A stretch of 63,812 nt of DNA, filler included, from Sphacelaria rigidula (taxonomy: Eukaryota), in NCBI GenBank assembly GCA_964200075.2. It is 8 parts of 8 records of this genome, joined end to end, with 100 filler letters (N's around TTAATTAATTAA, not from the genome) between each part and the next. Parts side by side here need not be neighbours in the genome. Positions count along the whole stretch, not along the records: positions 31,959 to 39,847 come from CAXNAA020013090.1; positions 39,948 to 47,836 come from CAXNAA020013091.1; positions 47,937 to 55,824 come from CAXNAA020013092.1; 5 more parts are not named here. One strand, written 5' to 3'. This document shows, in pieces, positions 35,301 to 48,221 of the stretch. The translations under genes and the position numbers were made by a program. Each line of letters opens with the position of its first letter. The stretch's first letter is position 1. The notes below the pieces were generated by a model. It saw only the letters and a program-made list of their open reading frames with translations. It searched no databases and had not been told where the DNA came from.

Positions 35301-38300
35301 TGTGCATGTTCACTCAGTGTACCTGTTCACATTAACAAGGTTGCCAAAAATGTAACGTGCCTTGCCTGCAAACATAAGATGTGTTGACATGCCCTGAACG
35401 AAGGACTGGGTGCACCATCCTTTCGTCCCGTGCCCTTGTATATACCGACATTGACCTGTAGAGGGCGAGAAAATGTATCTAAGGCCATGATCCTGTGGGT
35501 AATGATCGGAACATATGCATACTGTCGGCACTCGCCCTGCCGGACGCTCTCTGTGGATGCAGATATGATTCTACATCTCGAGCCTTCTTCTGTTCCTCCA
35601 TTTTCTTGAACGAGTATTGTAGTTTTGCTCTTCTTGGGTACGTCTATCATGCGACCATGGCTTGACCCATGGGTTACTGCGGGCTGACGTAACAAAATAT
35701 ATTATTTCGTATCAACGATATATGATGCTGGTGAATGAGGTCTTAACCTTTAGACAGCGACCACCCGCTGGTAGATTGAGGTAGACTACACTTTTAACGC
35801 TACATTCGTGAGATTTAGAGTGTAACATTGGATTCAGAGTGAGACCCGAAACAATTGACTTTCCCGTCGATTTTGAGATCGCCACAGTTCGAGGAGTAAT
35901 GCGCCCAGCTGGTGAAGCGGTGGCTTCAATGAAAGCTGTCACCTACACGATCAATTTGACACATCACTTGATCGCAACGACGTAGTCAGTCCATTGCAAC
36001 AAAAGATCCCCTCTTTCAGGAAAAACCGGTTAGTAGTCCCTGAAACAGTTTCAGTTCCGAAATGCCCTCCCAGGCGCAAAAATGCTTTGTGTGGTATCTC
36101 ACCAACCAGACCGCCGAATTCCTCGAATGGAGTACTGTACGGTAGCTGCATGCATAGGACGTGTGCTCAAGCAAAAAAAATGCCTGTAAGGAACGCTAGA
36201 GCATCCACTCTGAATCCGATAGTACGCTCTGAATCTCACGAATATGGTGTTTTTTTGGGTGTAGAATCATTCCTTTGTCACAACTCAAAACGACTACTCT
36301 ACGGCGGAAGGGACCGGAAGTGCATAAGAGGCACATAGTTGCGTCATAACACAGACGGTGGTGCGGTTGTCGACCCCCTCATTATTACGCCTCATATTTT
36401 TGCCGTGCAGTCTGTAGTGTATCGTGCTGCGGCTGCACGTGCGGTCTGCAGCTTACAGGATCTTACAGTGTTGAACGTGCCGAGTGTACGCCGCATGCGT
36501 TTGGATATCGCACTATGACTACCGCCGCGAACGCCCCTGACTACCGTAGAGAAATTGCTCGACGATGGCGGTCGCCTCACCGTCGAAGTACTTGTCTACA
36601 TCTACGTGCGTCGGGTACTCGCGGCCGCCGCTCGCATGTTGCGCCATGACGTTTGATACCAGATGAAGGTGTGGAGCTAGTACGACGCTCAGGCAGTACT
36701 GAACAGACAGACACAATGTACCGAAGATGCTCGAACACCTACTTTTTGGTTATATAAACTATGATTGATTTGGCATGATCAAAATGAGATTTGAGGGTAG
36801 ACGGCGAATGTGTCTACCACGTCTCTACCTTTACCAGAACAAAAGTGCTCATTTCGACGACCGTGATTGGTCAGAATGGTCATCCCGCGTCTCTCGGGCG
36901 TCGCGCACGGCTCACAATTTTCCGCGAGAAACCTCCAAACACACATGGTTGACTCCGTGAGCTTCTCCGATGCTCCGAGGAGAGGCACCCTCCCCCCCCT
37001 CAAAAACCACCCCCCCTGAGCTCTGGAAACCCCCGGATGCCTCGGGACTGTTAGCCTGTAGAACTGGTCCGAGGCGACGCTCGTCGTCGAAGGGTTAAAC
37101 TGGAACCGGCGACGAGGGTGCAAGTTTATCCAGTTTATTCAGGTTTGCCGTTGCCGGCTATTTTATACCAAATTCAGTTGTGGTGAGTTTATAACAAAGA
37201 TGCTTACCCCATTATATACAATTTGACTACAATGAGGCCTGTACTTTACAGTAGTTATGCCCGTGAATGGGGCCCGGTTTTGGGCACCATATATCGGGAA
37301 AATGGAGCGACCAACTGCTGTTCATAGTTGAATGCAGTAGAAATGAAACGTAAATGAGCCCATCAGTATCATTCACAAGTACACGCGTCACTCGAGATGA
37401 CGAAATGACGACTACGCTCACACAAAATGTACTACAGTACTGACAGGAGGGAAGCTTGAGCTCCCTCTTCTATATAGGTTCAATCGTTTTTATGGGTGAT
37501 GGAGAGGCCGAAGCTGAGATGGCCGTAGACTTGTAACGGGTGCAAAACCCGAAGACAAGATGTTTGATGTCCAGAAGACAGAAATATGTTGTTCTATCTT
37601 GCTTTTATTGTAGCTTTCTACAATCAACCAAACAGACTTTCACTTTGCACTTGTAATCCTTCAAAAATCCGGGAAAACAGAGTGAAGAGATGAGAAGTAC
37701 GAAGGAAGGATTGCAGGAAAGAAGTAGGAAGTGTCTTGGGGGGGGGTGAACCTATGACCTGGTTCACGCTCCCCCTGTTGACCTCTTCATTCTTGCCAAC
37801 GTACCTCACTCGAAAAGCCTGAAAACCTCTGCATTTACCTATCAGAAAAGCCGTTATAACTAAACAGTTCTTTGTTGTTCTGTCAGTTGACTGTAGCCAG
37901 TACAAAACTCTCTGACCTGCCGATCCTGGACACATGCTCCCCTGTATCTTTCTATCTACATTGGACACAAGTATACACAGATTGTTCTCTACACTGAATT
38001 CATGCCTTCAAATACCTTAAAAATCCATAACTTTTCTTTATGTTACGAACAACGGTCTTTTCTAGCTTCAAACAATTCAATTCTTGTACACACCTACGTA
38101 AACTTTCTTTTGATTTGTGTTCATCTGATACAAAACAATAAAGTCACCAAGTGATCGGCTCACCACAGTACAGTACAACGACGTTGCTGTACACCTTTAC
38201 ACAGGATTATAACAATAGGAGGATAGCTGCTGCCGCTCGTGTTGTTATGCACCTGTTGTTACAGTATGTTGTTGTGCCTATCTTTCAACGCGTTTTTTTT

Positions 38301-39164
38301 TGTTTTTTTCGGCAGCCAAGCAGAGGATTAGACTGCGGTTTGATGTGTGTGCTACCCACACACTGGAACTAGTGAATGATGCGGTGGATTTCCAGAACGC
38401 GCACTGCAGAGACCGCAGCACGCTGCAAACCGCTGCACCAAACCCAAAATATACTTCCAGAATGCGTTTCCTTCAATGCTCTGGGGCTTTTCGGGTCCGC
38501 TGTGGCGAATTGGGCAAATCCGCTCCATGATTCCCTAGGTCTTGTGTGTGTGCGGCGGGGGGGGGAGGGGGGGGGGGGGGGAAGTGCCACAGGCCGGTTT
38601 GCTTCCTGTGTCGAGAACGAGGCGATAAAAAAATTACAGCTGTCGCATACTAACCTAGGTAACTTGGGATGGAGCGTGTGTTCTGTTCGGCACAGGTCGG
38701 ACCAGCCTATGACGTCTTTCTTTTCCCCCCGCGTTTCTTTTTTCATTTGTTGACCACGGGTTTTTAGTCGGTAAGGCCCCCATTCACGGGCATGACAGTT
38801 GCAGAGGAATATAGGGTATCAATTGAGACGGAAGGCGCCCCGAAGGCGCCGACGGCAATTGTTTGCGTCAATGACGCGTGAAGCAGCGGTGCACAGCTTC
38901 ATGCTTCGTTTTCCGTGATTCGGTCCACTTGTACAGCATAGATCTAGCGTTCTGTGGTCGTACTCTAGCACAAGAAGAATGGGTTTGCCCTGGGCCAGTC
39001 ACCGGTTGACTGCTTAAGGTGTTTTTTTTTTTTCTTGTCCAGTCTGCTTCGTTGGTACCACGTGGTTCTGCAGTTTCCCGTTTTTTTCGGCCGTAGCGTG
39101 TCCGTCGACGGCTGGTCCGTCGAATGAGGAAGATGGAGGAAGAAAGGAGTTGTGACTTATGTAC

Positions 39165-39232
39165 CTGGCTGGACCCCTGGGGGGTCAGTTAAAGTGCGAC
39201 AATCAATCAATCAATCAATCGATCAATCAATC
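39165..39232 (+). repeat. 3' tail of a retroposon family ending in (AATC)n
   Basis: GGCTGGACCCCTGGGGGGTCAGTTAAAGTGCGAC(AATC)n; related copies ~17395-17530(-), 24715-24785, 25690-25770, 29050-29162, 35610-35690 and 59900-60000(-). Confidence 0.7.
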
Positions 39233-39947
39233 ATACCGCAGGAGCTTGATGCGGGACCGCCAAACGCCAAACCCCAGTTGCCAATTGCTGATTGCATGAT
39301 GAGCATTTTGCGCACAATGTAGCACATGGTCATGACACCTCGAAGTGATGTAAAAGAGGGCATATGCCAAGCTTTGTCGTTTCACTGCACATCCGAACAC
39401 AAATATAACAAACGGTAACCCGCCACCACAAAATACGGAATTCACCATGGCTTGCTGTTCAACTACACGCGTGTTTGCCGACCCGGACGTGAACGAGTTT
39501 GCGCTCTTATCCCCATGTGCTGCCAGACTTGGCTTCCTTGTTCCCATCCTCCGCTCCTCACGGAGAGTCTCTTCTGCTGCATGCTACAGATGAATGATTT
39601 CGAATCGCTCACCGCTTTGAATGGGGTTTTAATGTCACCTAAGCCTCTTATTATAGCTCCTCAATCTGAGGGGTCACATTTTTTTGCGGCTGTCCACATT
39701 TTTGAAGTGAATACAAGCCAAATCCCGCAATTCTTCTTGCCTCCGGCGGCGCTCCCGCGAGCCCCCCTTACGAGCCGGGGGGGTGTACTCATGATCATGC
39801 ATGCCATAGTCATCAAACCATTGACCTCGCATCCCTACAAAGCCGGGNNNNNNNNNNNNNNNNNNNNNNNNNNNNNNNNNNNNNNNNNNNNTTAATTAAT
39901 TAANNNNNNNNNNNNNNNNNNNNNNNNNNNNNNNNNNNNNNNNNNNN

Positions 39948-40325
39948 CTGGTATCGCCACTTCCCGAGACAGCCACAGCTTATACACTGCCTCATGGGTG
40001 TCTCACCCGTCCGGGGGGGGGAGTACTCATGATCTTGCTTGCCATCGTTTCAAGACCATCGGCCTCGCATGCCTACAAAACCAGGACGGAGCACGCCGGG
40101 GTTTTACCGGACCCGGCTTACAATTAATCAACAAGCACGAAGCGTCGTGATATGTTCGGCGAGTCGCATTAAGGGTGACGTGCATCTTACTAAGATTATT
40201 GGGCTCGAAGCGTACTAATTATCTTGCACAAATTAATGACAGTCTTCAACGAGTTGCTTCATTTTCTGCTATTTCCACATCCACAGATAGCCACGGGTCA
40301 CAAACTTCCTTCTGGGTGTCTTATC
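39948..40325 (+). repeat. Head-to-tail copies of the G-run-bounded repeat
   Basis: 3' end (ATGGGTGTCTCACC), then a G-run, then a full ~315-bp copy; alignable with 56295-56597. Confidence 0.8.
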
Positions 40326-40410
40326 ATGTGGAGAGTGAAAAAAATGTGAGTTTATGAATAACTTCGTGTTCACATGTATTGTGTACACAGTACTGCTGGT
40401 GAAAAATACT

Positions 40411-41813
40411 CCATATGCTCAAGATAGGGGTTGCACTTTTTGTTTCTGTTCTTGTTTTTTTACAGGAGCCCAAATACATGGGGCTTACTATGCAACCCAA
40501 CTCTCCGGGGACCGGACATGGAGATGCACGCAGGGGCCTTTTCGTGAATCGGCATCATTCTTAGTCTTTTACAAGTAAACCTGATGCCGATTATCAAAAT
40601 GGCCCGTCCAACACCCCGAGAAACATTTCAAGGGCAGGTCGAGTAGAGTATTCTCAATACTCAGTATTTTCGAAGAGTCATACATTTAGTACTCAAATTT
40701 CGGGTAGAGTGTTTGAGGCCGTACTCGACCTACTCAAAACGTAATTAAAGTAGGGTGTTTGAGGTCATACTTAATCTACTCAAAATTTGAGTAGAGTATT
40801 TGCGGTTATACCCAATCTACCCGAAAGTTGGGTAGAGTATCTGGGGCCGTACCCGATGTACCGAAAACTTACAAGTTGAACTTGAACTTGAACTTGAACT
40901 TCAGTATTCAAGTTCGTACGCAAGATACTCCAACTCGGATAGAGGAAATACCGAGGTATTCCCAGAGTTGCCCACCCATGATTAGTGCTGATTCAAGATC
41001 AAACTTCAGCAAACATTCCGATACAGTATATTCGAGAAAGCATTTGGATCAGAACCACATGGTACAAAACTAGGGTAGAACGAATATTGGGGTATTATCG
41101 AAGGGCGTTCGGATTGTACCGTGTAGACTGGCGGGGGTACTGGAAAGCGTAAAAATCATATCCAAGTATTGAGCAGTCCAAGTCTTACACTGATCATTCA
41201 CCTGTACGCTTTTTTCCCCAATTTTTGATGGCCATCATTTGCTCATACTCCTTGTAGCCTGTAACTCAACGCCACCAATCTAATTGATGGCCATCGTTCG
41301 CCCATGTATTCAACATAGTCTGAGAAGTGACGTCACGAAGTCCGCCGACAGTCATGGATAATCACCATACCCGAGTGATACTCTATACTCAAGTATTACT
41401 GAGAGTGCTTACTCAATATTGGAGTAGAGTATTTAAGGTTGTACTCGACCGAATCAAAATTTGAGTAGAGTATTGAGGTCATACCCAAGTGATACTCTAC
41501 ACTCAAGTATTACTGAGAGTGCTTACTCAAAAATTGAGTAGAGTATTCGAGGTCGTACTGGATCTACTCAAAATTTGATTAGAGTACTTGCTGCCGTACT
41601 GGATCTACTCAAAATTTGAGTGGAGCATTCAAGGCCGTACTCAACCTACTCAAAATCTGAGTAGAGTATGTGAGGCCGTACTCGACCTACTCAAACTTCG
41701 AGTAGAGTAAACACTCGAGTATTTCACTCGAGTACTCAGAAGTACATACTCTACTCGACCTGCCCTTGAAACATTTTCGCTATAAAAGTGCAACCCCTAT
41801 CGTGGCATCACTC
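40411..41813. mobile_element. Sola-like MITE (same body as 2604-2855) split by a hAT-like insertion
   Basis: 40423-40628 and 41769-41813 together align with 2616-2855; right TIR CCCCTATCGTGGCATCACTC. Confidence 0.85.
40629..41768. mobile_element. hAT-like non-autonomous element
   Basis: TIRs CAAGGGCAGGTCGAGTAGAGTA / TACTCTACTCGACCTGCCCTTG; perfect 8-bp TSD AAACATTT (40621-40628, 41769-41776); subterminal GAGTAGAGTA arrays. Confidence 0.92.
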
Positions 41814-42240
41814 ACATGTTGGGATTCATCCACGGCACGAAAAATGTCAACGGATTGCTACCCCTACTGTTGTGATTATGCACTGGATGCACACACATGC
41901 CATGGCCACTTTTCAAAACACCTTCTGCATTGTTTCTTGCTGCACCTTTATCCGCTATGTCCTCGCATCGCCCCCCCACCCGCATCTTCCGTCCACATAA
42001 GTTTGGAGTCTCAAGAGATCCACCTATTTCTTCGCTCGAGTGCACGTCTGCCCTTGCACTTCATTATCGAGCAGCTCTACCGCATCCCGTCGATCCTCGG
42101 AAATACATATTTGCCTGTAATGATTGTTTACCCGTTACTCTCACCTACTGGAGTGTTGCGTCTAAAGACTATGCGCTGCTACTGCTTCTACCGCTACCCA
42201 CGGCGGTAAAAACGTACCGCCACAATAAGACAGACCTCAC

Positions 42241-44396
42241 CTGTGGAATGTGGACGCATTTTCCATCCTTTCCGTTGAACTGCCAGCCATGGTACAGGCA
42301 CTCAATATTCCCGTCTGTTACCTGCACAAAACGAATATATGTATATATATATATATATGCGTGTGTAAAATATACACAGGGGACGAATTTTGGGTACTCC
42401 GCGGAAGAAATGGTGAAAAATTGACGAGGTGAACACAGCAAATATATTCACCCAAGGTCAGTATGGATATGCAATAAAGGAAAGTACTCGCAGTTTTAAT
42501 CCATTTATAGTCATGCACCAAGGGCAGGACTCGCAGTTCAATTCCATTTACAGTCAACGGACGTCAAGCTAGCCGTTCCCTCAGATTCATAACCGTTGTT
42601 CCAAACTAAACAACCATTTTAGAAACCTCGCGATCACCCATTAGTAAGCTATGAATTCAAAGCTCCATCATTGCTGAAACAAGTGTAAGTCGAAATCATT
42701 CTGCAAACGATTTCCATGTGTAGCAATTTCACCCTTCTCACATTACAAAGATATACGTCCTGCATATAATTGCCTCGGATATGTGCACAGAAGATGTTCC
42801 GAAACATTCCCTATTTTCAGCAGCTTCAGTATCTTTCTACTCTCCAAGTATGAACAAAGGGATACATGAGGCACATCATTCCCCAAAATACACGCACAAT
42901 AAAAAAGTTCCGGAAATATGTTCGTTTTTTGGAGATTTCATCACTTCACTGATTTATTGGTTGACTGATAAATTCATGAATTGCCGCACATTTTTAGGTC
43001 ATCCGCCACGAATCTAGCCGTCATCTATAACATTGATTATTGAAGGCTTTCATAGAAGGCTCACCATTCCCTCAGATAGCTTCGAGGCCCTGTGTGGGCA
43101 GAAGTCGCTCACACACTGCAAAATACCGTCACCGTCCCTGTACAGCACGAGAGGCTCGTCGAAGATAGACACTCCATATGGCTGTTCCCCCCCAGGAATA
43201 TCACGCTCGAAGGCCACCGCGTACCAGCTTCTCAACACCCCCCCGCCCCCCCGCCGCCCGCCCGAGGCAATCGCAATAGCAAGGAATGAAATGACGAATA
43301 CTTGAGGAGATACCACAACACACTTCAACACTTCAGTTCATCGCTGCACGCAAAACGGCATAGATCAAGACGCGTGTTGTTGTTTCTACTAGTGACGGTG
43401 GTGGTGGCGCAGTTGCTGAATTGCTGGGCAACTGTCGCTAAGGAGTGGCCGCACCAGATGCGCAGCAGTAAAGTCAATGATCCGAAGGTATTCACCTTGG
43501 GAAAGTGGTGTTTTGGACAGGCGCGCGCTGCGCCAACCCCAGCACGTGAGCGGCTCACCGGTGAACACTACAAACATGCAAGCAGCGTTGCAGTATTAGC
43601 GCCGCCGTGAAAACGGGACCGCAAGCAGTCTCAAGATGAGCAGGGTGGAATTGCGTGACCGCACGCGTTCGGCGTCATAAGTTTGACCATGCCATCTCTA
43701 CGCTATGGCAGCTGTTCTTGTCAGAAAAAAGACGGCGATTCGTCGGCGCCGGAGTGATTGTAGAAGTGCCTGATGTTGAGGCTTACGTCGAGGCAAGCAG
43801 TTGCTCCAAAACAGAATAATGATAAATGAATGTTTCCGCAGGGGGTGCTGCCTACAGAACATGATCATCTACAAGATGGCAAGTCGCAAAAAATAAGACG
43901 AAAAGAGGACTTAAAGCTACGTACTGGAAAAAAAAAACCGAAAGTCGTGAATCGCACCCTCTCTCAGCCCTCGTTCACCTCGTGCCCAGTTCTTGCTCAA
44001 TATTGCTCCTCTAAACTTTGACATTTCCAAGCCAACGACGATCGCAAGAACTCGCCAAACCAATCACGAACAGAACAAAGAAGCAACCAAATGCCGTCAC
44101 CGATCACAACTAACAGTCGCGTACGCACAAGTGTGTGTATATATATATATATATACATGCAAACTTGGCCATCGCACTCGTTTTCGGAGCAAGACTGTAT
44201 CTATGCGTTACTCTTGTTGGTTCTCAACTGCTTTCGCCAATCGTACGGCCAGTCTTCGTCGTCCTCCTTCAGCTGCGGCACCAAAACAGGGTCACCTCCG
44301 ACATCGCCTGCAACAGGCGTACCCGTTGATCTCGAAGTATCTTCCACCGTTGCCTTCAGCGAGCGTGGCGGCCTGCCTGAGCACTCATGCAGGGAC
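42241..44396 (-). CDS. Rieske [2Fe-2S] non-heme oxygenase, PAO/TIC55/CAO-like, partial
   Basis: Exons 44229-44396 (...DWPYDWRK), 43065-43227 (HWYAVAF...PLVLYRD...SDFCPHRASKLSEGM) and 42241-42321 (VTDGNIECLYHGWQFNGKDGKCVHIPQ) give the Rieske CxH...CxxH ligands; splice phases are consistent. Confidence 0.9.
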
Positions 44397-45119
44397 CTGA
44401 ACCGCGGATTTCGGGTGCTGTTCGAGGGCACAGGGGAGAAAGGAAAACGAAAAACAACGGAATTTTTCCTGGATTTGACCGGTCTCCGAGAAAAACGAAC
44501 GGTCTCCATGAAATACGCAAGGTTGCCCCAAAACAAAGTGCGGCTACCGAAAAAACGCACAGGTGTCCTCGGACCGTCTGAACGACTACAGCAAGGCTTT
44601 CCAAGGTGTCGAAGCCCGTTCAGCTCTCTTCAGGGTTTAAAACGACGCAGATGCTCCACAAAGGCAGTTTTTCCAGGTATCCTTTTTCCCATAAGAAGCG
44701 GTCCGAATGCTGGTTTTACAACTGTTCCGATAAACGACGGCGGTTTGATACGGAGGGGGCGAATCTCGATCCGTTTCAAGAAACAGTCCCCAAAACAGAG
44801 CATACACTACAGTGGGCAGTGGGCGGGTGATGGACCTCCGTCGTCATGTATCAACACAAGTGTTCACCCCTGTTCGGCGAAAATGAGCGGGTGGCTGAAT
44901 ATATACTTGGTTTCAGTGTCGACTATCGAAATCCGGATCATTGTAGGGCTCACAGTCCCTAGCGCTCCTCCAGCGTAAGTTCACCGTGCGCAACATCCGT
45001 TTTGACTCAGATCGGCGCAACAGACGCCGACTTCAGCTCTGCTAACGCACCGTATGCCGAGGACATCATGCATATCTCTCTTGCCCAAAGGATCTCGGTC
45101 TGCCTCGGGTGGGGCAAGG

Positions 45120-45339
45120 GTTAGCATTGATGTTGGCTTTGACGTTAGCATTAGCGTCAGCGTCAGCGCTAGCGCTGACGCCAACGCTAACGCTATCGCT
45201 AATGCAAACGCCAACGCTATCGCCAACGCTAACGCCAACGCTAACGCCAACGCTAACGCTATCATTATATTATTGTTATCAGTATATTACTGTTATCATT
45301 ACTATTATTATCATTATCATCATTATCATCATTATCATC

Positions 45340-45405
<66 letters not shown>
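45120..45405. repeat. Inverted (AACGCY)n hexamer array followed by (TAT)n
   Basis: Direct reading. Confidence 0.85.
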
Positions 45406-48221
45406 TATCCTAATGCACGTATCCTTCTGTGCGTGTTTTTTCGGGGCTCGCTGTGTACGTGCTGTGTTGCCGCCTTCCGTCTCCCGTGCCATACACACAC
45501 GTTTCAGTGACAACTGATACTCACTCTGTGCAGTAAAAAATCAAGAATCATAGCTGAGCAACTTTTCACCGCTACAGACCATCATGTACAGTTCACGAAT
45601 TATATGCTTCACTACCAAAAACTAAAAGCTACCGTTCTGCCTCACTGGGCCTCGACATCCGCTGAGGACCGGGCTGTTGGGCGATGCCTGCCCTGCAACC
45701 GCTGGAGTGTCACTGCTTGCCGTTGAACTCTGAGTAGTGATCAAGCCACCGCTGACCTGCCGCTGCTTGCCGTCGGACAGTGAGTGATGTTCATGTCACC
45801 TCTGAAGTGCCACTGCTTGCTGTTCGGCGGTGAGTGATATTCATGCCCCTTTTGAAATGATTTCGACCAAGACCCCCCCCCGACCCCCCTCTGTCTACCC
45901 TTATTTTTCATTTGCTTTGATTGAGGACGGTGGGTTGGTCGGGCGACTCCTTCGAGAGGCCAACTTTGACACCCCTGTTCTCCTCGGCGACGTGTGCGAT
46001 TCGAGCGCTGTTTTTTGCGTTGTGCCAAGGGGCCTTACAGATTGGAATATGTTACACACCGCCCCCGATTCCCGAAAACCCCATTCTTGGCGACGGGGGA
46101 GGGTATCCTTTTTGAAGGGATGGTTCCCCCCTGATCAGATGGATAATGACGGTAGTGGGTACTGTACTGTGCAGCAAGTGCATGAACGGCATTTCCCGGC
46201 TTGTGCCAGGCTTGTGTACAAGTTGTGTATGCTATGGTTACACGGCAGGTGGTGGGGGAATCAGACAAATGAGATGTACTCATCTCAGCAAAGTTGCGCA
46301 TAGTGTCGAGGACACGCGGTGACAATATCGCCTGCTTTTGGGATAAAACGCTGTCTAATGTCCCCCCCCAAAGAGCCCAACCGAAAAATATCCTCTCCTC
46401 ATTGGAGGTGTATGTGGCGTTCAAGTCTCTATTATCAGCGTTGTGGAGGTGTACGTGGCGTGTGAATAGAGAGGGCGTCACCTTAACACTTCGACAGCGA
46501 GCGTTGCCTCGGAGCAGTACTACAGGATGGTAGTCCAGGGACATCCGGAGGTTTCTAGGGGGAAGAGGCGTGGCTCTTGACAGGGGGTGGGGAAGGCGAC
46601 CTAAAAAAAGGTTCGAAAACAATGGTGGGTACTATTGAGATGCCGCCAACCCTAACGCTAACCCTAACCCTGAACCCCGACCAAGGCCTACGGAGAACCC
46701 TCGGGCAAGGGAGGTGCAGAGTGTTTTCTAAGCAAAGTGTGCGTTGCGAGATCTCAAATCAGCACCTGCGGCGCCAATTTTGGACGAAAACATTTTCTGG
46801 ACGAGCTGGGTCTACTGCTCACCTGCCCCAAACCATAAATTTTGTCAGCACTCTTCTTCATTTTGAAAGCAAGTGAAATCAAGTACTAACCATTGTTTAC
46901 GAACATATGTTTAGGTCCACTGGGTTGGGGGCCTGTTCGCCGAACAGCCGAAAAGCTCATCAAGTCAACCATGTGCGTTTCGAAGTATTCCCCCTTTTTT
47001 TTGTCAAGTCTAAGCCAGGAGCGAGTCCCTAAAGAAGCTGAGTGACCATTCTGACCAATCACGGCTATCAAAATGGTCACTTGGTTCCCCTACAGGTCGA
47101 CTACTTCGCTGTCTAACTGTATTTTTCTCATCATGATCATGACAATCCAACCATATATTACATGGGCACAAATAATATGCTTTTTACTCTGCTCGTGGTC
47201 TGTGCCGCTTGTCCGACGCCTCACATATTGCCAGCACAGCTTCGTGCTGCCTGTAGTGCCGTTGTGGATCACTAAGTAGAGACATCAGCAGCATGCAGTA
47301 GACTGTGTCCAGTTATCCAGCGAAGACATACAATACACACGCTGACTCTGCATGCAATCGACTTAAAGGCCAAAGCCGGTCAGGGTTCTTTAGGGACTCT
47401 TTTCTATGCAGATGCCCAACATCCACATGTTGGTAAAAAAGGGCATTCCTATAGTCGTAGCGAGAAAAGAGCTTTTCAGATCGCCAAATGTGGCCTAGTC
47501 CAACTGACTCCAGTCTAAGGGCTAACGCACGACTTCTCCATTTCAAGGATACATTCCAAGATCAAGAGTGTTTAAGGAAACGAAGAGAAGAGGTCCATGA
47601 TTGGTGAAATGTCGTCCAATAGCTCGGACATATTTTAAAGGCTATACCCCCCTCCCCCCGTTAGACACCCATGAGGCAGTATATACGCCGTGACTACTGT
47701 CTCTAGAAGTGGCGATACCACAGAATAAAGTAATTAATTGTAGGCTGTCATCCAAATGCAAGATTATCAATAGGCTTCGGGCCGAACAATCTTCGCAGGA
47801 TGCAGCTCACCCTTCATGCGAATCGCCGAACACACCNNNNNNNNNNNNNNNNNNNNNNNNNNNNNNNNNNNNNNNNNNNNTTAATTAATTAANNNNNNNN
47901 NNNNNNNNNNNNNNNNNNNNNNNNNNNNNNNNNNNNCCCAACACCCGGCGCTGTATGGCCATTTTTTTCGTGACACTTTTAGCTGGGTTTTTTGGGGGGG
48001 TATCATATAAAGAGTCCGGCACGTGATCGACTTTGGAACGCACATCAACTGAAATCGTTCAACGAAAGAAGGGGGGAAGGGTCTCTACAGCATCGTCCCG
48101 CCCTCACCTGTTGTATGTATCATTACTAGTGGATTTTTCACGTTGACGCTCGCGATTCTACAGAACAAACTACCGCAAGGGAGAAATACCGTATTCGCTA
48201 TAATACAAAAATGGCGATTTT

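Noticed and set aside
38371-38460. Next CAP-H exon (VNDAVDFQN...)
   Set aside because: Different contig, and no match to the expected RVD-x-V/T continuation.
39776-40010. One repeat copy apparently spanning the gap, implying true contig adjacency
   Set aside because: The family is high-copy and many contig ends fall in it; coincidence is sufficient.
40640-41760. CRISPR-like array of ~36-39 bp units
   Set aside because: Degenerate subterminal repeats without unique spacers, inside a TIR/TSD-bounded hAT element; eukaryotic context with no cas genes.
17740-44396. Plastid pigment gene cluster (GGPPS + Rieske oxygenase)
   Set aside because: The genes are on different contigs juxtaposed only by length sorting.
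44091-44978. 295-aa plus-strand ORF
   Set aside because: Antisense to a Rieske exon and its introns, includes a (TA)n tract, no recognisable domain.
44981-45513. ORFs with poly-AL, poly-N, poly-Y and poly-I tracts
   Set aside because: Translations of microsatellites.
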